DNA of 64,000 nt from Eledone cirrhosa (lineage: Eukaryota), in contig OZ024747.1 of assembly GCA_964016885.1 (NCBI GenBank), positions 86,924,001 through 86,988,000 of the forward strand, written 5' to 3'. How positions within the stretch are numbered: the first letter of the stretch is position 1; every line of letters starts with the position of its first letter. Of this stretch, positions 1 through 14,296 are shown one piece after another. A program made the translations under genes and the position numbers. Under the pieces are notes generated by a model, which ran no database searches, was not told the DNA's origin, and was given only the letters and a program-made list of their open reading frames with translations.

Positions 1-635
1 AGTCTTATTTCTTATCATCGGTTGGTTTATTTGTGTTTAGCTTACTGTTTCTCTTTTAATGTTTGCATGATTAAAGATTTTTCTTCTAACCCCATTCTCA
101 TTTCAAGGCATGATTTCTGTATGCCTCGATTGTTCTTTGGTATTCAACGTACTAAATAATACTTCCATTAAATCCAATTTTTTTGCCAAGTATTATTATT
201 AATCGTACAGTTATCATTAAGGAACAATCATTAAATCATCGGGGGAAATGTTTTGCGGCGTTTGGTCCTAAACTTTACGATAGAAGCTTAATCCCACCAA
301 AGTCAACTTTTCAGTTCATCCTTTCAGATTCAATAAAACGAGGAACAGAAGCATATTTAATCGCTTTATTTCTCCCCGCACTCCAAATTGTTGGCTTTGT
401 GCCAAATTTGGAAAAGATAATTATTATTGAGTTGTAGAAACGATAGGCTACTCTGCAAAATGTTTTCTGATATTTAGATATGGCACTTTATATTCAACCC
501 TAACCAAAGTCTTTATCTTTCATCTCCCCCCACCCCCAGTCAATAAAATAAGATCTAGATCAATGAAGAGGTTGGTAAAATTAGCAATGTCCCTCTCAAA
601 AGTGTTCAAGGCATGTGTCAACGTAAGAGACCATT

Positions 636-800
636 GGATTGGCAGTATCAGTAGAGTTACCAGCATAGTACGTCCCTTTACGATTGAGTTCAAATCCCGC
701 TGAGGTTAACTTTGCCTTTCTCCTTACGGGGTCGATAAAATAAAGTACCAGTAATGCACTGGGTAATTGCTGGCCTTGTGCCTAAAGTAGAAACAATTAT
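636..800 (+). mobile_element. tRNA-derived SINE (Meta-domain-like family), 5'-truncated copy
   Basis: B-box-like GAGTTCAAATCCC followed by GAGGTTAACTTTGCCTTTC...GGGGTCGATAAAATAAAGTACCAGT; matches the copies at 10808, 12409, 33413, 40456 and 60600. Confidence 0.85.
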
Positions 801-1301
801 TTACTTCAAGTTCAACATTGATGAGAAGATGAGAGTTTAGAGTGGGGTGATTCCCTACAGTAAATTTGCTGAGACGTGGGTAAGAGTGGCGACGATGATC
901 CTAGAGAATGGATCTAATCACAACATGCATCTGTAGGCCAGAGCGCATAGCTTTATAAAACTAGGCATTGCCTCATGTGAGATTACGCCGTTCTTTGGTG
1001 AAACAGAGATAGTTACGTTCATTCGATCTTCTTGAATAAAGAACGCTTGAAGATGCATTGCCTTCTTACCTAAAATATTTTGCTAATCAAATTATTTCTT
1101 ACCTAGTTTAGGAGAAAGGAAAGGAACCGAAAGTTGAAGACAAGTAGAAAATCAAACTTTCCAGTTGTTGTTTTCCTGTTTCTTTTACAACAACTACAAC
1201 GGTACGCGATGGGCCTCGCCCACAAATATATCTTGTTATTGGCAGCAACGGTGAACATAAGACTAAGATTTTCACTGTATTGTTTATGGCAACATTCCAT
1301 A

Positions 1302-1302
1302 A

Positions 1303-1373
<71 letters not shown>

Positions 1374-1410
1374 ATAGTAGTAGTAGTAGTAGTGATGGTG
1401 GTGGTAGTTG
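1302..1410. repeat. (GTA)n trinucleotide microsatellite
   Basis: Direct reading; source of the poly-T/poly-V ORFs. Confidence 0.95.
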
Positions 1411-1916
1411 AAATAATTAATGTTGTTGCTGTTTTATGATAGCCAGTGCCAAAAATGCTAAACGACATTTGCATTGCCCTTTTTCGTTCGAACTGCCCAT
1501 TTTAAATACTATAATACTATTCTTTTCGAAAATGGTTTTCATTTCTTAAATCAGACGAATTAAAAAGACGAATTTAGTGATAGGAACGAACTACCTCAGT
1601 AAGTAACTGCATGATTCCGTGGCGGAAATAACTGTGGATAGAGGTAAATCATTTGAGTAGCAGGGGAGATATATATGGTCGCTTGATGCGAAATCGCCTT
1701 CAATAAGGTAGTCATCTAGAATGTTACAAAGACAGATATATATTCAGCCATAACTAAAATCCTTGAAAGTATGTGTTCGCTCATTCAGGCTTGGTTAACA
1801 ATAACAATACCAACAACAACAGAATTCTAATGTCGACAGGTCTAAATACAGCGCATTTCTTCCAAAGAAGGATAGAGAGTTAGAGAATGGAACTGAGAAA
1901 GCGATATAGAGGAAGA

Positions 1917-1947
<31 letters not shown>

Positions 1948-2055
1948 GTTTCGTTGACAAATATACCAATGTGCCCAGACACGCAGATATATTGCCCTTG
2001 GTATGACAGTGTGGTTTTAACTGAATGTAGGATAACTAGTATACTACAGAGCCGT

Positions 2056-2380
2056 TATAATTATAGGAATAACCAAAGAGTGCTTAGAAATAAATTGTTT
2101 TATTAGCTAGCAGTGTTTCATCCATACCCTGTGGCAGGAATCATCAGAGCTTATAAACAAGAGTATATCAATAGTTGCATGCTCCGTCACTAGAACAAGG
2201 TTAAAGGACCCCCTGCTGGTATTTAACTGTGTTCTGGTGACGCAGCTTGATGGAGCATGTAACTATTGATATACGCTTGTTTATAAGCTCTGAGGATTCC
2301 TGCCACAGGGTATGGATGAAACACTGTTAGCTAATAAAACAATGTATTTCTAAGCACTCTTTGGTTATTCCTATAATTAA
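2056..2380. mobile_element. Tail-out inverted pair of a PLE pLTR-like fragment
   Basis: 2056-2189 is the reverse complement of ~2248-2380 with a ~58-bp spacer; both arms carry an HHR motif and the right end abuts (TA)n. Confidence 0.75.
2286..2332 (+). ncRNA. Minimal type I hammerhead ribozyme motif
   Basis: AGCT-CTGAGGA-TTCC..GGAT-GAAAC-ACT-GTT-AGCT then AATAAA; the minus-strand arm copy (~2105-2152) has CTGATGA but a mutated cleavage triplet (GCT). Confidence 0.65.
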
Positions 2381-2391
2381 TTATATATATA

Positions 2392-2444
<53 letters not shown>

Positions 2445-2595
2445 TATATATAATGAAAAATAAAATTTACGGGCGAAAGAGGGGAATATCCATCGTCAGT
2501 TGTCTGCTAGAAATCATAGGTCTTCGCATGGATATTCCCCTCTTTCGCCGTAACTTTTATTTTTCATTATACTTAATTGCCACCACACAGCTCGC

Positions 2596-2682
<87 letters not shown>

Positions 2683-2683
<1 letters not shown>

Positions 2684-2865
2684 CAAAGAAAGTGTGGTAA
2701 GAAACCAGGTGCTCCAGAGTACTCGATACTTAGGAGTAGTAGAGTGGGTAATAGGAAGAGAGTCAGGTCCCCGACGGCTGAGCTCCGGTCGTTTCGACAG
2801 CTAGATTCGGATCTAGCTGTCGAAACGGCCGGAGCTCAGCCATCGGGGGTCCTGACTCTTTTCAT
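2683..2865. repeat. Hairpin-ended dispersed repeat in (TA)n; same family as 44750-44945
   Basis: ~50-bp-arm palindrome centred near 2807 (CTAGAT-TCGG-ATCTAG); body homologous to 44750-44945. Confidence 0.75.
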
Positions 2866-2894
2866 ACATATATATATATTGTGTGTGCGTGTGT

Positions 2895-3160
2895 GTGTAT
2901 ATCTAATGATATACGGTATCTTCACGAATAAACATTTGAAAGCATTTACTTATAAATTTTAGAAGCTGATGACGTAGAACCACCAGGTGTATTCTACCAT
3001 AGGCAAGAGATGAAAGGCCGATAAAACTGTTTTATCGGCCTTTCATCTCTTGCCTATGCTAGAATACACCTGGTGGTTCTACGTCATCAGCTTCTAAAAT
3101 TTATAAGTAAATGCTTTCAAATGTTTATTCGTGAAGATACCGTATATCATTAGATATACA
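2895..3160. repeat. Near-perfect ~260-bp palindrome between microsatellites
   Basis: Arms mirror around ~3027 (GATAAAAC-T-GTTTTATC). Confidence 0.9.
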
Positions 3161-3190
3161 AAATACACACACACACATACTCTCTCTCTT

Positions 3191-3228
<38 letters not shown>

Positions 3229-3229
3229 A

Positions 3230-3298
<69 letters not shown>

Positions 3299-3738
3299 GG
3301 ATTAACAAATAATAGTTAAATGCAGTCCACTTAGGTGAAGTCCAGTTATGGTATTCCAGGTAGTGGATGATATTAACTAAATTCATAAGATTCAAACCTC
3401 CGTGAATCGAACCAACATAACATAGCTTTAAATTAGGATACCTACTACCCACAGAAATATATTCATTAAGTATACTATTTCCTTCACAAGTCTATACCAC
3501 ACAATAGTCTGTAAATACCTCTTCTACCAACACTCTTACTCCTTCTCAGCTGCTGCAATCATTTGATCCTAGATCCTAGTTTTTCTCATTTCACTACTAC
3601 AATGTTACTTTACCTTCTTTTTGCCATATTACAATTAGCACGCTTTTCTCTTTGCATGTATGTATATTTTTGTACGAGTGTATATTAGTGTGTATGTATG
3701 TGTCTATGTACACATATATGTGTATATGTATTTATATT

Positions 3739-3811
<73 letters not shown>

Positions 3812-4171
3812 AGATATATGCGTATATTAATTCGTTAACCTCTGTATTAACTCTACAACTATTGAGCTTTGACAGTGGTCCCACTCATGTATACGGTTGA
3901 AGATGAATAGAAAGACTGTAAAAACTAGCTTATCTTTATAATTTAAAATTGATACACACTACGATACTTTTTGCCTTATGACAGCTGGTTTTCACGCTGT
4001 AACATTAGATACATTATATACCCCCCACCTAAGTAATGTCAGGGTATCCTTAAATAGTTTATTGATAGCATTGTTGTAATAATTGTTGTTGTTTATTGTT
4101 CTAATTGAATGCCATAACTACTCCATATTTTCTTTTATTTTCTTGCCTGTGTATTTTCTTCATTCTCGCAT

Positions 4172-4277
4172 GCTCCGAAGATCTGACTGGTTATAATTCT
4201 GTATTGGCGATCGAGTGACGCAAAATTAGGCGGATAGCGATCTCTAGACATACCAGTTCAGTGAAACAAATGTAAGC
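4172..4277 (+). ncRNA. Type I hammerhead motif, CCGAAGA core, expanded stem II
   Basis: GCT-CCGAAGA-T-CTGACTGGT...ACCAGTTCAG-T-GAAAC-AAAT-GTA-AGC, then ATTAAA and (TA)n. Confidence 0.55.
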
Positions 4278-4329
4278 TATGTGATTAAAAACTTTTTTGT
4301 ATAGCAAACCATGTAAACCTTCTTTCCTG

Positions 4330-4373
<44 letters not shown>

Positions 4374-4971
4374 ATGCATATAAACATAAATGTATGTGCG
4401 TGTTTGTGCGCACAGTGTGCTTGCGTGCGTGCGCGTATATGTGTATTTAAAATTCTACCTTTTAAAAGGAATCGATAGTGCGCGATGATATCATCTTTTT
4501 TGCAATGACATCTATGAAACAACAAGAACAGTTATTATTAGACAATAATTTTAAATATAAACTTCTGTATTACTTAACGAATAATTTATTTTATTTTAAT
4601 CGTGAGGTTTGTAGGGAGAGGGAGTGTCAGATTGATTTTTCTTAAGACAAGAATGTGAATTCTGATTTCAAAAACATTCCTCTGATAACTAAGTTTATAA
4701 AAGGATTCTATAAATCAATTCTTTGTATTTTGCTTATTTTTAGTTTTTGAAGGGGTTGAGGTGATTTCTTTCATAACGATTAATCAGATTTGATTTTCAT
4801 TATTTAGAGATTTTTGTTCTTTTTAATTCTTTAAATCAATATACTTCTTTAAATCAAAATACTGTACAAGATGGTGGTATCCGATCCGACTCTGAGCTCT
4901 CTCAGTTCAAATCTTACTAGTTTAACTTTACCTTTCGTTTTTTTCAGGGTTGATATATGAAGTACCAATTC

Positions 4972-5120
4972 ACGGTTGGGAGTCTGGCAGAATTGTAATG
5001 AGCTGGATGGGTTGTTTTGTCGTATTTGTTCAGGCTTTGTGCGTTCTGAGTTCAAATTCCGCCGAAATCAATTTAGCCTCTCACCCTTTCGGAATCGATT
5101 AATAAATTATCAGTTGTTAC
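4972..5120 (+). mobile_element. Degenerate tRNA-derived SINE (Meta-like)
   Basis: GTTCTGAGTTCAAATTCCGCCGA...CCCTTTCGGAATCGATTAATAA. Confidence 0.65.
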
Positions 5121-6362
5121 ATTGTCGGAATTCTTAAACAATCAGATGGGATACTTTTTTGCGGTAACTGATCTGTATCTGTGACATCTGAGTTCAACAC
5201 CTCGTTATCAAATCAGGTTCTGTGCTTTCTAATTTTCAATACTGCCTCTGTCTGCCGACGGTTGTGACCACTGGCAAAACGAATCATCACTAGAAACATT
5301 GTCGCCTTGGCTCCATGAAACGATCAGCTCTTCTTTCTTCTCGTTTGTAGCTTTAAGCTTCCTATTATTTTGATGACATGCAATATATCATGTAATTTCT
5401 TCCTGAGATATATTATTCATTGTTCGTACGTTTTCTCATCACGTTTGCTTTCATTGCATTCAAAGAACGCTAAGTATATAAGATCTCCCCTGAATAATAG
5501 AGGTCATTCATGCTCTTGCTAAAGAATTATTTGGGCAACAGCATTTTCCTTAATGAATTTCAGACAAATGTGATTTCTATAATATATATAACCTAAACCT
5601 TTGATGAACATTCTTCTTAATGGAAATAGTTCCAATTCAAGAAAGTATGCGACACTCAAACAAAAGAATATTGTTGGCTCTCAAGAAGATGCTGAATTGA
5701 AACTCTTAGAGGTTAATATCTGACCCTTTCCTGTTTCTTATGCCTGTCTCGATTTTTTCCAATACGAATGTTCCAAATAACAAAAGACTTAGAATTGTGA
5801 AAGACATCCAGATTCAAATACCTAAACCACATTACAGCTCAAATATAATGTAACAGTAATGTTAAAGAATAGAAAAACATAACACATTTTGCAGGATGTT
5901 TGTGTTGTAGTTACTGTTGCTGATGGTGGTGATGATTGTGGTGATTGTTGTTAGTGTTGTAGTGGTGGTGGTGGTGGTACCGGTGATAGTGGTGGAGATG
6001 GAGGTGGAGATGGGGGTGTTGATGTTAGTGGTGATGATGACGGGTGTTTTTGATGAGGCTGCTTTTATTATTGGTGGTAATTGTTATGGGGGTGACAGTG
6101 GTGGTGCCATCCTCATCGTTTCGCCCCAGGACAACCTGCATCTAGCACATCGATTTCGAAAAGCATTCCTACCATTACCATCTAGTTTCTTAATGTACAT
6201 TTACATAATGTATCTTTTCCTGAACTACTAACCGAATACTGAAGAAAAGAATCTCATGGAAGCTGCAACAGAGAGGCAAGCACAAAGGAACGCGCCAACT
6301 TTATCAATATATATATATATATAAGTTACACAATAATCAAAGCTATGTTCAAATCATTTTAT

Positions 6363-6409
6363 TGCTGACAATCGTTTCTTCCAAACTTTCGTTTGGAATC
6401 ATCGGAGCA
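6363..6409 (-). ncRNA. Type I hammerhead motif (CCGAUGA core)
   Basis: Minus strand TGCT-CCGATGA-TTCCAAAC-GAAA-GTTTGGAA-GAAAC-GATT-GTC-AGCA with overlapping AATAAA; perfect 8-bp stem II. Confidence 0.75.
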
Positions 6410-7729
6410 TTAGCAATGTTTGTACATATAATTAACCTCCTATTCAACTGAACAATCATATAGATACATGGATATTAATGTTGTCTACAACAGTTTTGTA
6501 TTTACAGAGTGGAATGGATGCTACATAGATTTCAAGAGAATTGTACAATAATTAAAATTAAAAATTAAAAGTTAAAAGGCACAGAGTGGAATGAATGCGA
6601 CAGAGATTAGTATAACAATTAGAGACATTAAGGTAGAAAGTTACTCGTGAAACGAGGACACTAGCAGTACATATGCAAGCGTATAGAGCGTGCAAATACA
6701 ATAGGAATATACAGGAAGGAAACAAGCAATGGTACTAGGCATATATAATTTCTGCGAGGCAAAGTTATCACATAAAACAACATATGTTTACAATCAAGCA
6801 AAGCTGTTTTTGTATTAAAATTATTAGTTTATGGTGGATGTAGTGTGATAATTGTTTCTGTAATGTTCAAATGTGTATGTGTTGAGAGTATCAATGTTAT
6901 TGCTATCTTTTCCATTACATTGGCTATGTTTTATTTTAGTGAATGTTTTTAATCAGTCACAGCCATGGATTGTATACCGGTCCTAATATATTGTTATCTG
7001 GGGTTCGAGTTGTTGTTGAGTGGTTCCTCTAACGGTTTAATTTCCGGAAGTGTGTTTGATCTATATTAAGGGGAGCTAATACGAAAGGGGAGGTAACTAG
7101 CGATTACATTGTAAATGAATTTAAAAAAATGTAAAGTTGTTTACAGCTCCAATTAGTTAAAATTCTTTGTGTTGCTATACATTATATTGTGTTATAAGTG
7201 AATCCCTTTTATATAATACTATTTGTTTGTGTTTAATTTTAAATATAATCTATTTTACATTAAAGGTCTCATTATATTGTAATCTATCCATTACAGAATA
7301 AAGTGTATGTAATGTATAGGAAAAGGGTACGAATGTATAGTTGTTTACAGGTCTAATTAGTTAAATCTCTTGTGCTATTAATATACATTATATTATTTTA
7401 TAAGTGAATCTCATATATATAATGCTATTAATTTATATATTTAATTATAAATACAATTTATTTTCCTATACTACATTAAGTGTCTCATCATATTATTTAT
7501 CCATTCCTGAATATAATATAAGCAAGATATAGTGGTTATATTAAATGGTGTTAGTTTTATGTTTATTTCTAATAGTTATTGTATAGTATAAATTTTGAGA
7601 TAAAAAGGAGTTAGGTATAGTGATGAGCTGATCAAATAGTGTGATGCTGTGGGGATACTCATATGCCGATAAGACCTAGAGGTGAAGTGTTAATAGTGGT
7701 GAGGAATTCAGATCTGACATTGTTATATA

Positions 7730-8100
7730 TCAGCAGCTAGGTTTAAAGCTATGGAAAGAGTGTCGGTGGTAGTGCTGGCACATCGAAAAAACCTCTGATT
7801 TTCTATTTAGGAGGTCTAGCTTAGAATAGATTATTGTTCGGGTCTCTAGAAGACAGAGGTTACATAATTTATTTGGTGATTTATACGATGCGGCCCTATC
7901 TACTATCTCCCATTGAAGTGTATATGTTCTATTCCTAGATATCAGAGAGTGTATGTAGCTGGATAAAGAAGTGGAGTTGGCTAGATTGCGATTTTGAACG
8001 TGTGGAGATGCGAGTTATATCTCGTCTTGAAGCAGTTCGAAGTTGAACCGATATATGTTTTAGAAGAATTGTTTGTGTTGACCGTGCAAGAGTAATGATG
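7730..8100 (-). pseudogene. PLE GIY-YIG endonuclease fragment (frameshifted)
   Basis: Manual translation YSCTVNTNNSSKTYIGSTSNCFKTRYNSH../..TSLSSYI..LQWEIVDRA..CNLCLLE..LNRKSEVFSMCQH; parallels the GIY-YIG at 43407-44018. Confidence 0.8.
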
Positions 8101-8141
8101 ATCAATTTCGCGGCCAGCGTCGACGTAGATTCGAACGCTGG

Positions 8142-8272
<131 letters not shown>

Positions 8273-8785
8273 ATATAATATAATATAAAGGATTGAAACT
8301 CCAATCATCCTATTGAAAAGTCTTGACCCGCCAAGTCTGTGCAATGACACGCGCTTAACAGTCAGGCGGAAGATGAAACATCTCCCAGAGTTCCATGATA
8401 GTTCCATGATAGTGCCAGTTTTGCTGATATAACTATTTGTTAGTTATTTAACCATGGCAAAGCCGACCATTAATCGTTCGTATACATAAAACTGACTGGC
8501 CTGTCTGCTGATATGCAAATCTGGGTGATCAGTGGGTCTGGTAATATACAGATCTCATTGATCAGCCAATCTGCTAATATGCAAATCAGGCCTATCATTC
8601 ACTGTATATTCCAGAAAATATCATATATTTTCATTAAATCTGACAGTTGACAGATAAGCAGTATACGGTACTGATGAAGAGTAATCACCCAGTACTTACA
8701 TGGCTTAAAGAGTCTGTTTGCATAATTGCAAACGAATCGAATATTATTATTAATATTCGAAAAGCTCAGATTTACATTTCTTTAT

Positions 8786-8878
<93 letters not shown>

Positions 8879-8917
8879 ATATTAATAAATGGAAACTATA
8901 TTTATAAAACCATAATT

Positions 8918-8981
8918 ATTTTATTATATATATTTCAAGGGCAACCAAGGCAAATTTTGGTGCGCTTTCATCAGATAAAAT
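8918..8981 (-). ncRNA. Type I hammerhead ribozyme motif in PLE pLTR
   Basis: Reverse complement of the motif at 14297-14360. Confidence 0.75.
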
Positions 8982-10164
8982 ACAAGATTTGTTTTATAAA
9001 TGTTGACATACCCGCGGAAAAAACAACCTTGACGGTTGAAGGTTCCCTGGATAGTGGAAAAAAAATTTATTTAGGGTAATTCAAAGTTATGTGTGAGTAT
9101 GCAAATGAATGTCAGAAAGAGTTGAAAAAACAACGGCTTATTTAAATTATACTGTTGGAAGAAGAGAGAGAAAAAACAGAGAGAAAGAGAAAGAGAGAAG
9201 AAAGAAGGGAGAAGAAAAAAGAAAAAAGAGAAAGAGAAAGAGAGAAGAAAGAAGAAAAATGGAGAAAGAAAGAGGGAAAATTAAGGAAGAACGAGCGAAG
9301 AAATAAGCTTAAAATATATCGTTCTTTTATGCTATATTTATATTAAAAATAATGATAAATTAAAAATTTTGATAAATTGAAAATAGTTAAATTAAAAATA
9401 ATGTTAAATTCAAAAATATATTATAATAAAGATGTGTTTAAAATATATTAAAATATATTAATAAGAATATATGAGTATAGATGTGTATGTCATGTTATTA
9501 GATGATAGTTTTACATTGGGAAAATATTGAGAATCCAGTTTTGTTTATTTATTAGTTATTATGAGATAAGTTTCACAAAAATATATTTAGCTAGAATTTA
9601 TTATTGGTAGTAAGTCAAATCTTAAATACTAAAAAAATTACAAAGATTACGACAAATTACGAGAGTTTACAAAAGATTAAATACTTAATTAAAAGTATAT
9701 ATTAAGACCATTTAAAAATTCAGACTATAAAAATTAAGACTATAAAAATTCAGATTATAAAAAACTATAAAGAAGTTTTAGGAGATTTTTTAGAAAACTC
9801 AAAAAGACTCCAAAGATACACAAAAATATTTTAAAAAGCTTATAAACTATTCATAAATTATAATTAACATCTAAGATTATTCAAAATACAAAGAAGTATT
9901 CAGAAATATTTGAAAATACTTAAACACTTAAAATATTTAAAATATTTAAAAGTGTTTAAATATTGGAAAATATAAAATCCAAAAAATATTAAAATATTAG
10001 TTGACCAAAAAGAATAATTTTTTTATATATATAATTTTCTAAAATATTTTTAAAAAATATTTTTAAACCATTTTAAAATTTTAAAATAATTTTTTAAAGA
10101 GATTTTTAAAAGTTTCAAGTAATAATTACTTCGTAAATATATATATAATACACTTCTTAAAACT

Positions 10165-12390
10165 CTAATAGTTTATATTCTTGGATTTTAAGTTCCATAA
10201 TAAGTTGGGTAGAGAAGTTGAAGATGTTTTACCAATATTCCTAAACGAACATTTATGGTTATTGAAACGAGATTTGAAGTCTGTAGAAGTAGATCCAACA
10301 TAGTTAAAAGAATTATCATTAGTTTTGACATTGCATTTATAAACCACATTTTTAAATAAACAGTTATTTTTTAAAGGACAGTCAGATTTAATTCTCCAAT
10401 TACAATTATCAGAATTTAAATTATTGGGAACAGTATTATTATATTGGATATTGCTAGATGTATTAATGCTAATCTGGTTAAGGTTTAGATTTCTATTATT
10501 GATTCTATTTATATTCTGTGCTAAATTCATAGTAGTAGAGTATGATAGTTTAATTGTATGTCTGTTAAAGATTGAATAATATCTATGTGCTTTGGGAAAA
10601 CAATTATCAAGAGGTTTAAAAAATAGTTTAGCTAAAGGTGTTTTAATACTTATTGAGAAAGGGGGAGCGTACCAAATTATGTTTCTAGTTCTATTCTTTT
10701 AGTTTTAGAGTTTGTGCTAGGTTTCTTATTATAATTATAATTATAATTATGGTTAATTGACGTATCATTATTGTCGATGTATTTAATTTCATTATTATAG
10801 CCTGATCTGGGGTGGATTGGCAGTATCAGTAGAGGGTCGGACGCCATGCTTTCCAGCATAGTTACGTCCCTTTACGGTCTGAGTTCAAATCCCGCCGAGG
10901 TTAACTTTGCCTTTCATCCTTACGGGGTCGATAAAATAAAGTACCAGTAATGCACTGGATAATTGCTGGCCTTGTGCCTAAAGTAGAGACAATTATTATA
11001 GCCTGCTCTACTTAAAGCTTCGTTATAATATTGTGCCTTATCTTCAAATATATTTTTATTCGCTGAGATTCTAGAAATACGTTGCTGTACGGAATTTACG
11101 ATGGTGTTCTTAACAGATCTAGGGTGATTAGAGTTAAAGTTAACATAATTTAAATTCTCATTGATTTTATTAAATGGATAGTATAGCCCAGTATTAAGGT
11201 TTAATGTTACATCTAAAAAGTTAACTATTTTATAATTATTCTCTATTTCTAACATAAGATTAAAGCTATTAAAAAATGGTATTATTGATTTTCTTTTTCT
11301 ATTGATTTCACAATTATTATTATTTTCAATTAGCAACTGCGATATAAACCACCGGTCATCGCGATATAAACCACCGGTCATCTCCGGTAGTTTTCTATGT
11401 AATGCATTGTTAATAAATAGACCCACAAGATCCGTTAATTGCGCGAGTCCGAGGACCCCATAGTGATATCGAAATTGTTATCCCTATCTGCTCTAGTTCA
11501 AAGATGGTTGTTAAATTTAATTAAGGTTTTACGTGCAGTTAAAATGATATGCATTTCATCGCTAGATAGATCAGTATATTTAGATGCATATATAAGGGCT
11601 TTATTAAGTAAATTAGGAGTGATAGATGAGTAGTAATTAGCAATATCCAATTGAATGAATTTTTTGTTATGCTTATATTGTATGTCCTTAAACCAATCTA
11701 TAACTTCATTAGTCCCATTCCATAATTTTAAGTAAGATATTTCTTTAAGTTGCGGTATGATTCTATCTAATATATTTTTACTAACTATGCCTAGGTCTGA
11801 TTTAGATGGTGTTATAAGTCTAACTGGTAATTCTATTTCAAAGTTTCTTTTGTGGTCTTTCAAATTAATTTTTGGTTTTCTAGGTATAAAGGGTTCAGTC
11901 CTATTTTCGATAACTAATTTTTGAATTATATTAGAAGCTTCTCTATTTAGCCTTTCAAAGTCATCATTGGTTGCTCTCTTGTAGTTTTCCTTAATTCCTT
12001 CAATATAAGATTATTATACTCGTCCTTTTGCATTTCATATAGATTGTTGGTTTTGTCAGATTTAACAAGAATTTTTTCAGTTCTTTCAAGATTTTCTATA
12101 TTATTCTTAAGGCCTTTAAGATATTCCTGGCCTACAATTTGGTTTTTCTTGAATTTAATGTTTTGTATGATTGAAATAATTTCGTTTTCAAATTCCATTA
12201 ATAATTTGTTGCTAGGTGGATTTTTCTTGGATTTGAAGATCATATCGAAGTTGAATTTATTTGGTTTTTCATCTGATTTTCTATCGAAATGAAAAGCACG
12301 CCATCTGAGTCCGATTTCTCAATAAGTTGTTTAAGTCCTTATTTCTAGGTAAAGGTATGTCTTTTAAAGAAGAAGAGATCTTAAAGAATT
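10165..12390 (-). pseudogene. PLE reverse transcriptase + GIY-YIG, fragmented by frameshifts and a SINE
   Basis: KSDKTNNLY, PVRLITP, QLDIANYYSSI, GLYRDD, VNFLDVTL, SNHP, CPLKNNCLFKNVVY..YVGSTS..FKSRFNNH. Confidence 0.9.
10808..10998 (+). mobile_element. tRNA-derived SINE inserted into the PLE ORF
   Basis: Full copy; TSD ATTATTATAGCCTG at 10791-10804 and 10992-11005. Confidence 0.9.
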
Positions 12391-12408
12391 CCATTATTTA
12401 ATTATCAG

Positions 12409-12598
12409 GGCGGTGGATTGGCAGTATCAGTAGAGGGTCGGACGCCATGCTTTCCAGCATAGTTACGTCCCTTTACGATCTGAGTTCAAATCCCGCCGAG
12501 GTTGACTTTGCCTTTCATCCTTACGGGGTCGATAAAATAAAGTACCAGTAATGCACTGGGTAATTGCTGGCCTTGTGCCTAAAGTAGAGACAATTATT
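12409..12598 (+). mobile_element. tRNA-derived SINE, full length
   Basis: TSD ATTATTTAATTATCAG at 12393-12408 and 12593-12608. Confidence 0.9.
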
Positions 12599-12710
12599 TA
12601 ATTATCAGTTATAATTTAAAGTGCTCAACAATAAAGGAGCTAAATATATGCAAATGTTTTTTAGTTCTTGTAAACATCGTTTAAATTCAACTTTTAAATA
12701 TATATATATA

Positions 12711-12863
12711 TAATTGTTTCTACTTTCGGCACAAGGCCAGCAATTACCCAGTGTATTACTGGTACTTTATTTTAGTAAGGATGAAAGGCAAAGTTAACCT
12801 CAGCGGGATTTGAACTCAGAATGGCAAGGGTCGTAACTCTATGCATCAAAGCATGGCGTCCGA
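12711..12863 (-). mobile_element. tRNA-derived SINE, partial
   Basis: Reverse complement of the same SINE family. Confidence 0.8.
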
Positions 12864-14296
12864 ATAATGTAATTACACGTTTAATCTTCCCTACATAATG
12901 TTTACTCTATCCAAACACCTATAATCTCATTTCTTAAATTATATCCATATATGTTCAGAAATTTAATCTAATTCTAATTTTTATATCTTTTACTTCGTAA
13001 ATATATATATAATACACTTCTTAAATCTCTAATTTACTTCTTAAAACCTTTACTTTCTAATATTTCTACCTCATAAATATATTTTTACATTTATCTATCT
13101 TACTTCCAAAAATATCTCATAATCCTTTCGGAATGATTACTTGAAACTTTTTAAAATCTCTTAAAAAATTATTTGAAAATTTAAAAATGCTTTTAAACAT
13201 TTAAAAAAAATATTTTAGAAAATTATATATATAAAAAAATTATTCTTTTTGGTCAACTAATATTTTAATATTTTTTGGATTTTATATTTTCCAATATTTA
13301 AACACTTTTAAATATTTTAAATATTTTAAGTGTTTAAGTATTTTCAAATATTTCTGAATACTTCTTTGTATTTTGAATAATCTTAGATGTTAATTATAAT
13401 TTATGAATAATTTATATCCTTTTTAAAATATTTTTGTGTATCTTTGGAGTCTCCTAAAACTTCTTTATAGTTTTTTATAATCTGAATTTTTATAACTTAA
13501 TTTTTATAGTCTGAATTTTTAAATTGTTTTAGTATATACTTTTAATTAAGTATTTAATCTTTTGTAAACTCTCGTAATTTGTCGTAATCTTTGTAATTTT
13601 TCTAAGTATTTAAGATTTAACTTACTACCGATAATAAATTCTAGCTAAATATATTTTTGTCAACCTTATCTCATAATAACTAATAAATAAACAAAACTGG
13701 ATTCTCAATATTTTCCCAATGTAAAACTATCATCTATAACATGACATACCCATCTATACCCATATATTCTTATTAATATATTTTAATATATTTTAAACAC
13801 ATCTTTATTATAATATATTTTTGAATTTAACATTATTTTTAATTTAACATTATTTTCAATTTATCAAAATTTTCATTTTATCAAAGTTTTTAATTTATCA
13901 TTATTTTTAATATAAATATAGCATAAAAGAACGATATATTTACGATTTACGTACTCATCCCTTGATAAGCTTATTTCTTCGCTCGTTCTTCCTTAATTTT
14001 TCCCTCTTTCTTTCTCCCTTTTTTCTTCTTTCTTCTCTCTTTCTCTTTCGCTTTTTTCTTTTTTCTTCTCCCTTTTTTGTTCTCTCTTTCTCTTTCTCTG
14101 TTTTTTCTTTCTCTTCTTCCAACAGTATAATTTAAATAAACCGTTATTTTTTCAACTCTTTCTGACATTCATTTGCATACTCACACATAACTTTGAATTA
14201 CCCTAAATAAAAAATGTTTTCCACTATCCAGAGAACCTTCAACCGTCAAGGTTGTTTTTACCACGGGTATGTCAACATTTATAAAACAAATTTTGT

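Larger units (their letters stand above)
6322..8105 (-). mobile_element. 5'-truncated Penelope-like element: GIY-YIG remnant, long 3' UTR and terminal HHR
   Basis: GIY-YIG-coding segment at 7730-8100, HHR at 6363-6409, 3' end in (TA)n. Confidence 0.75.

Noticed and set aside
2964-3026. CTGATGA...GAAA in the 260-bp palindrome as a hammerhead
   Set aside because: No UH cleavage triplet or stem I partner could be placed.
9109-9346. Lys/Glu/Arg-rich ORFs (mirrored at 13971-14168)
   Set aside because: Purine-rich low-complexity antisense strand of a PLE 3' UTR.
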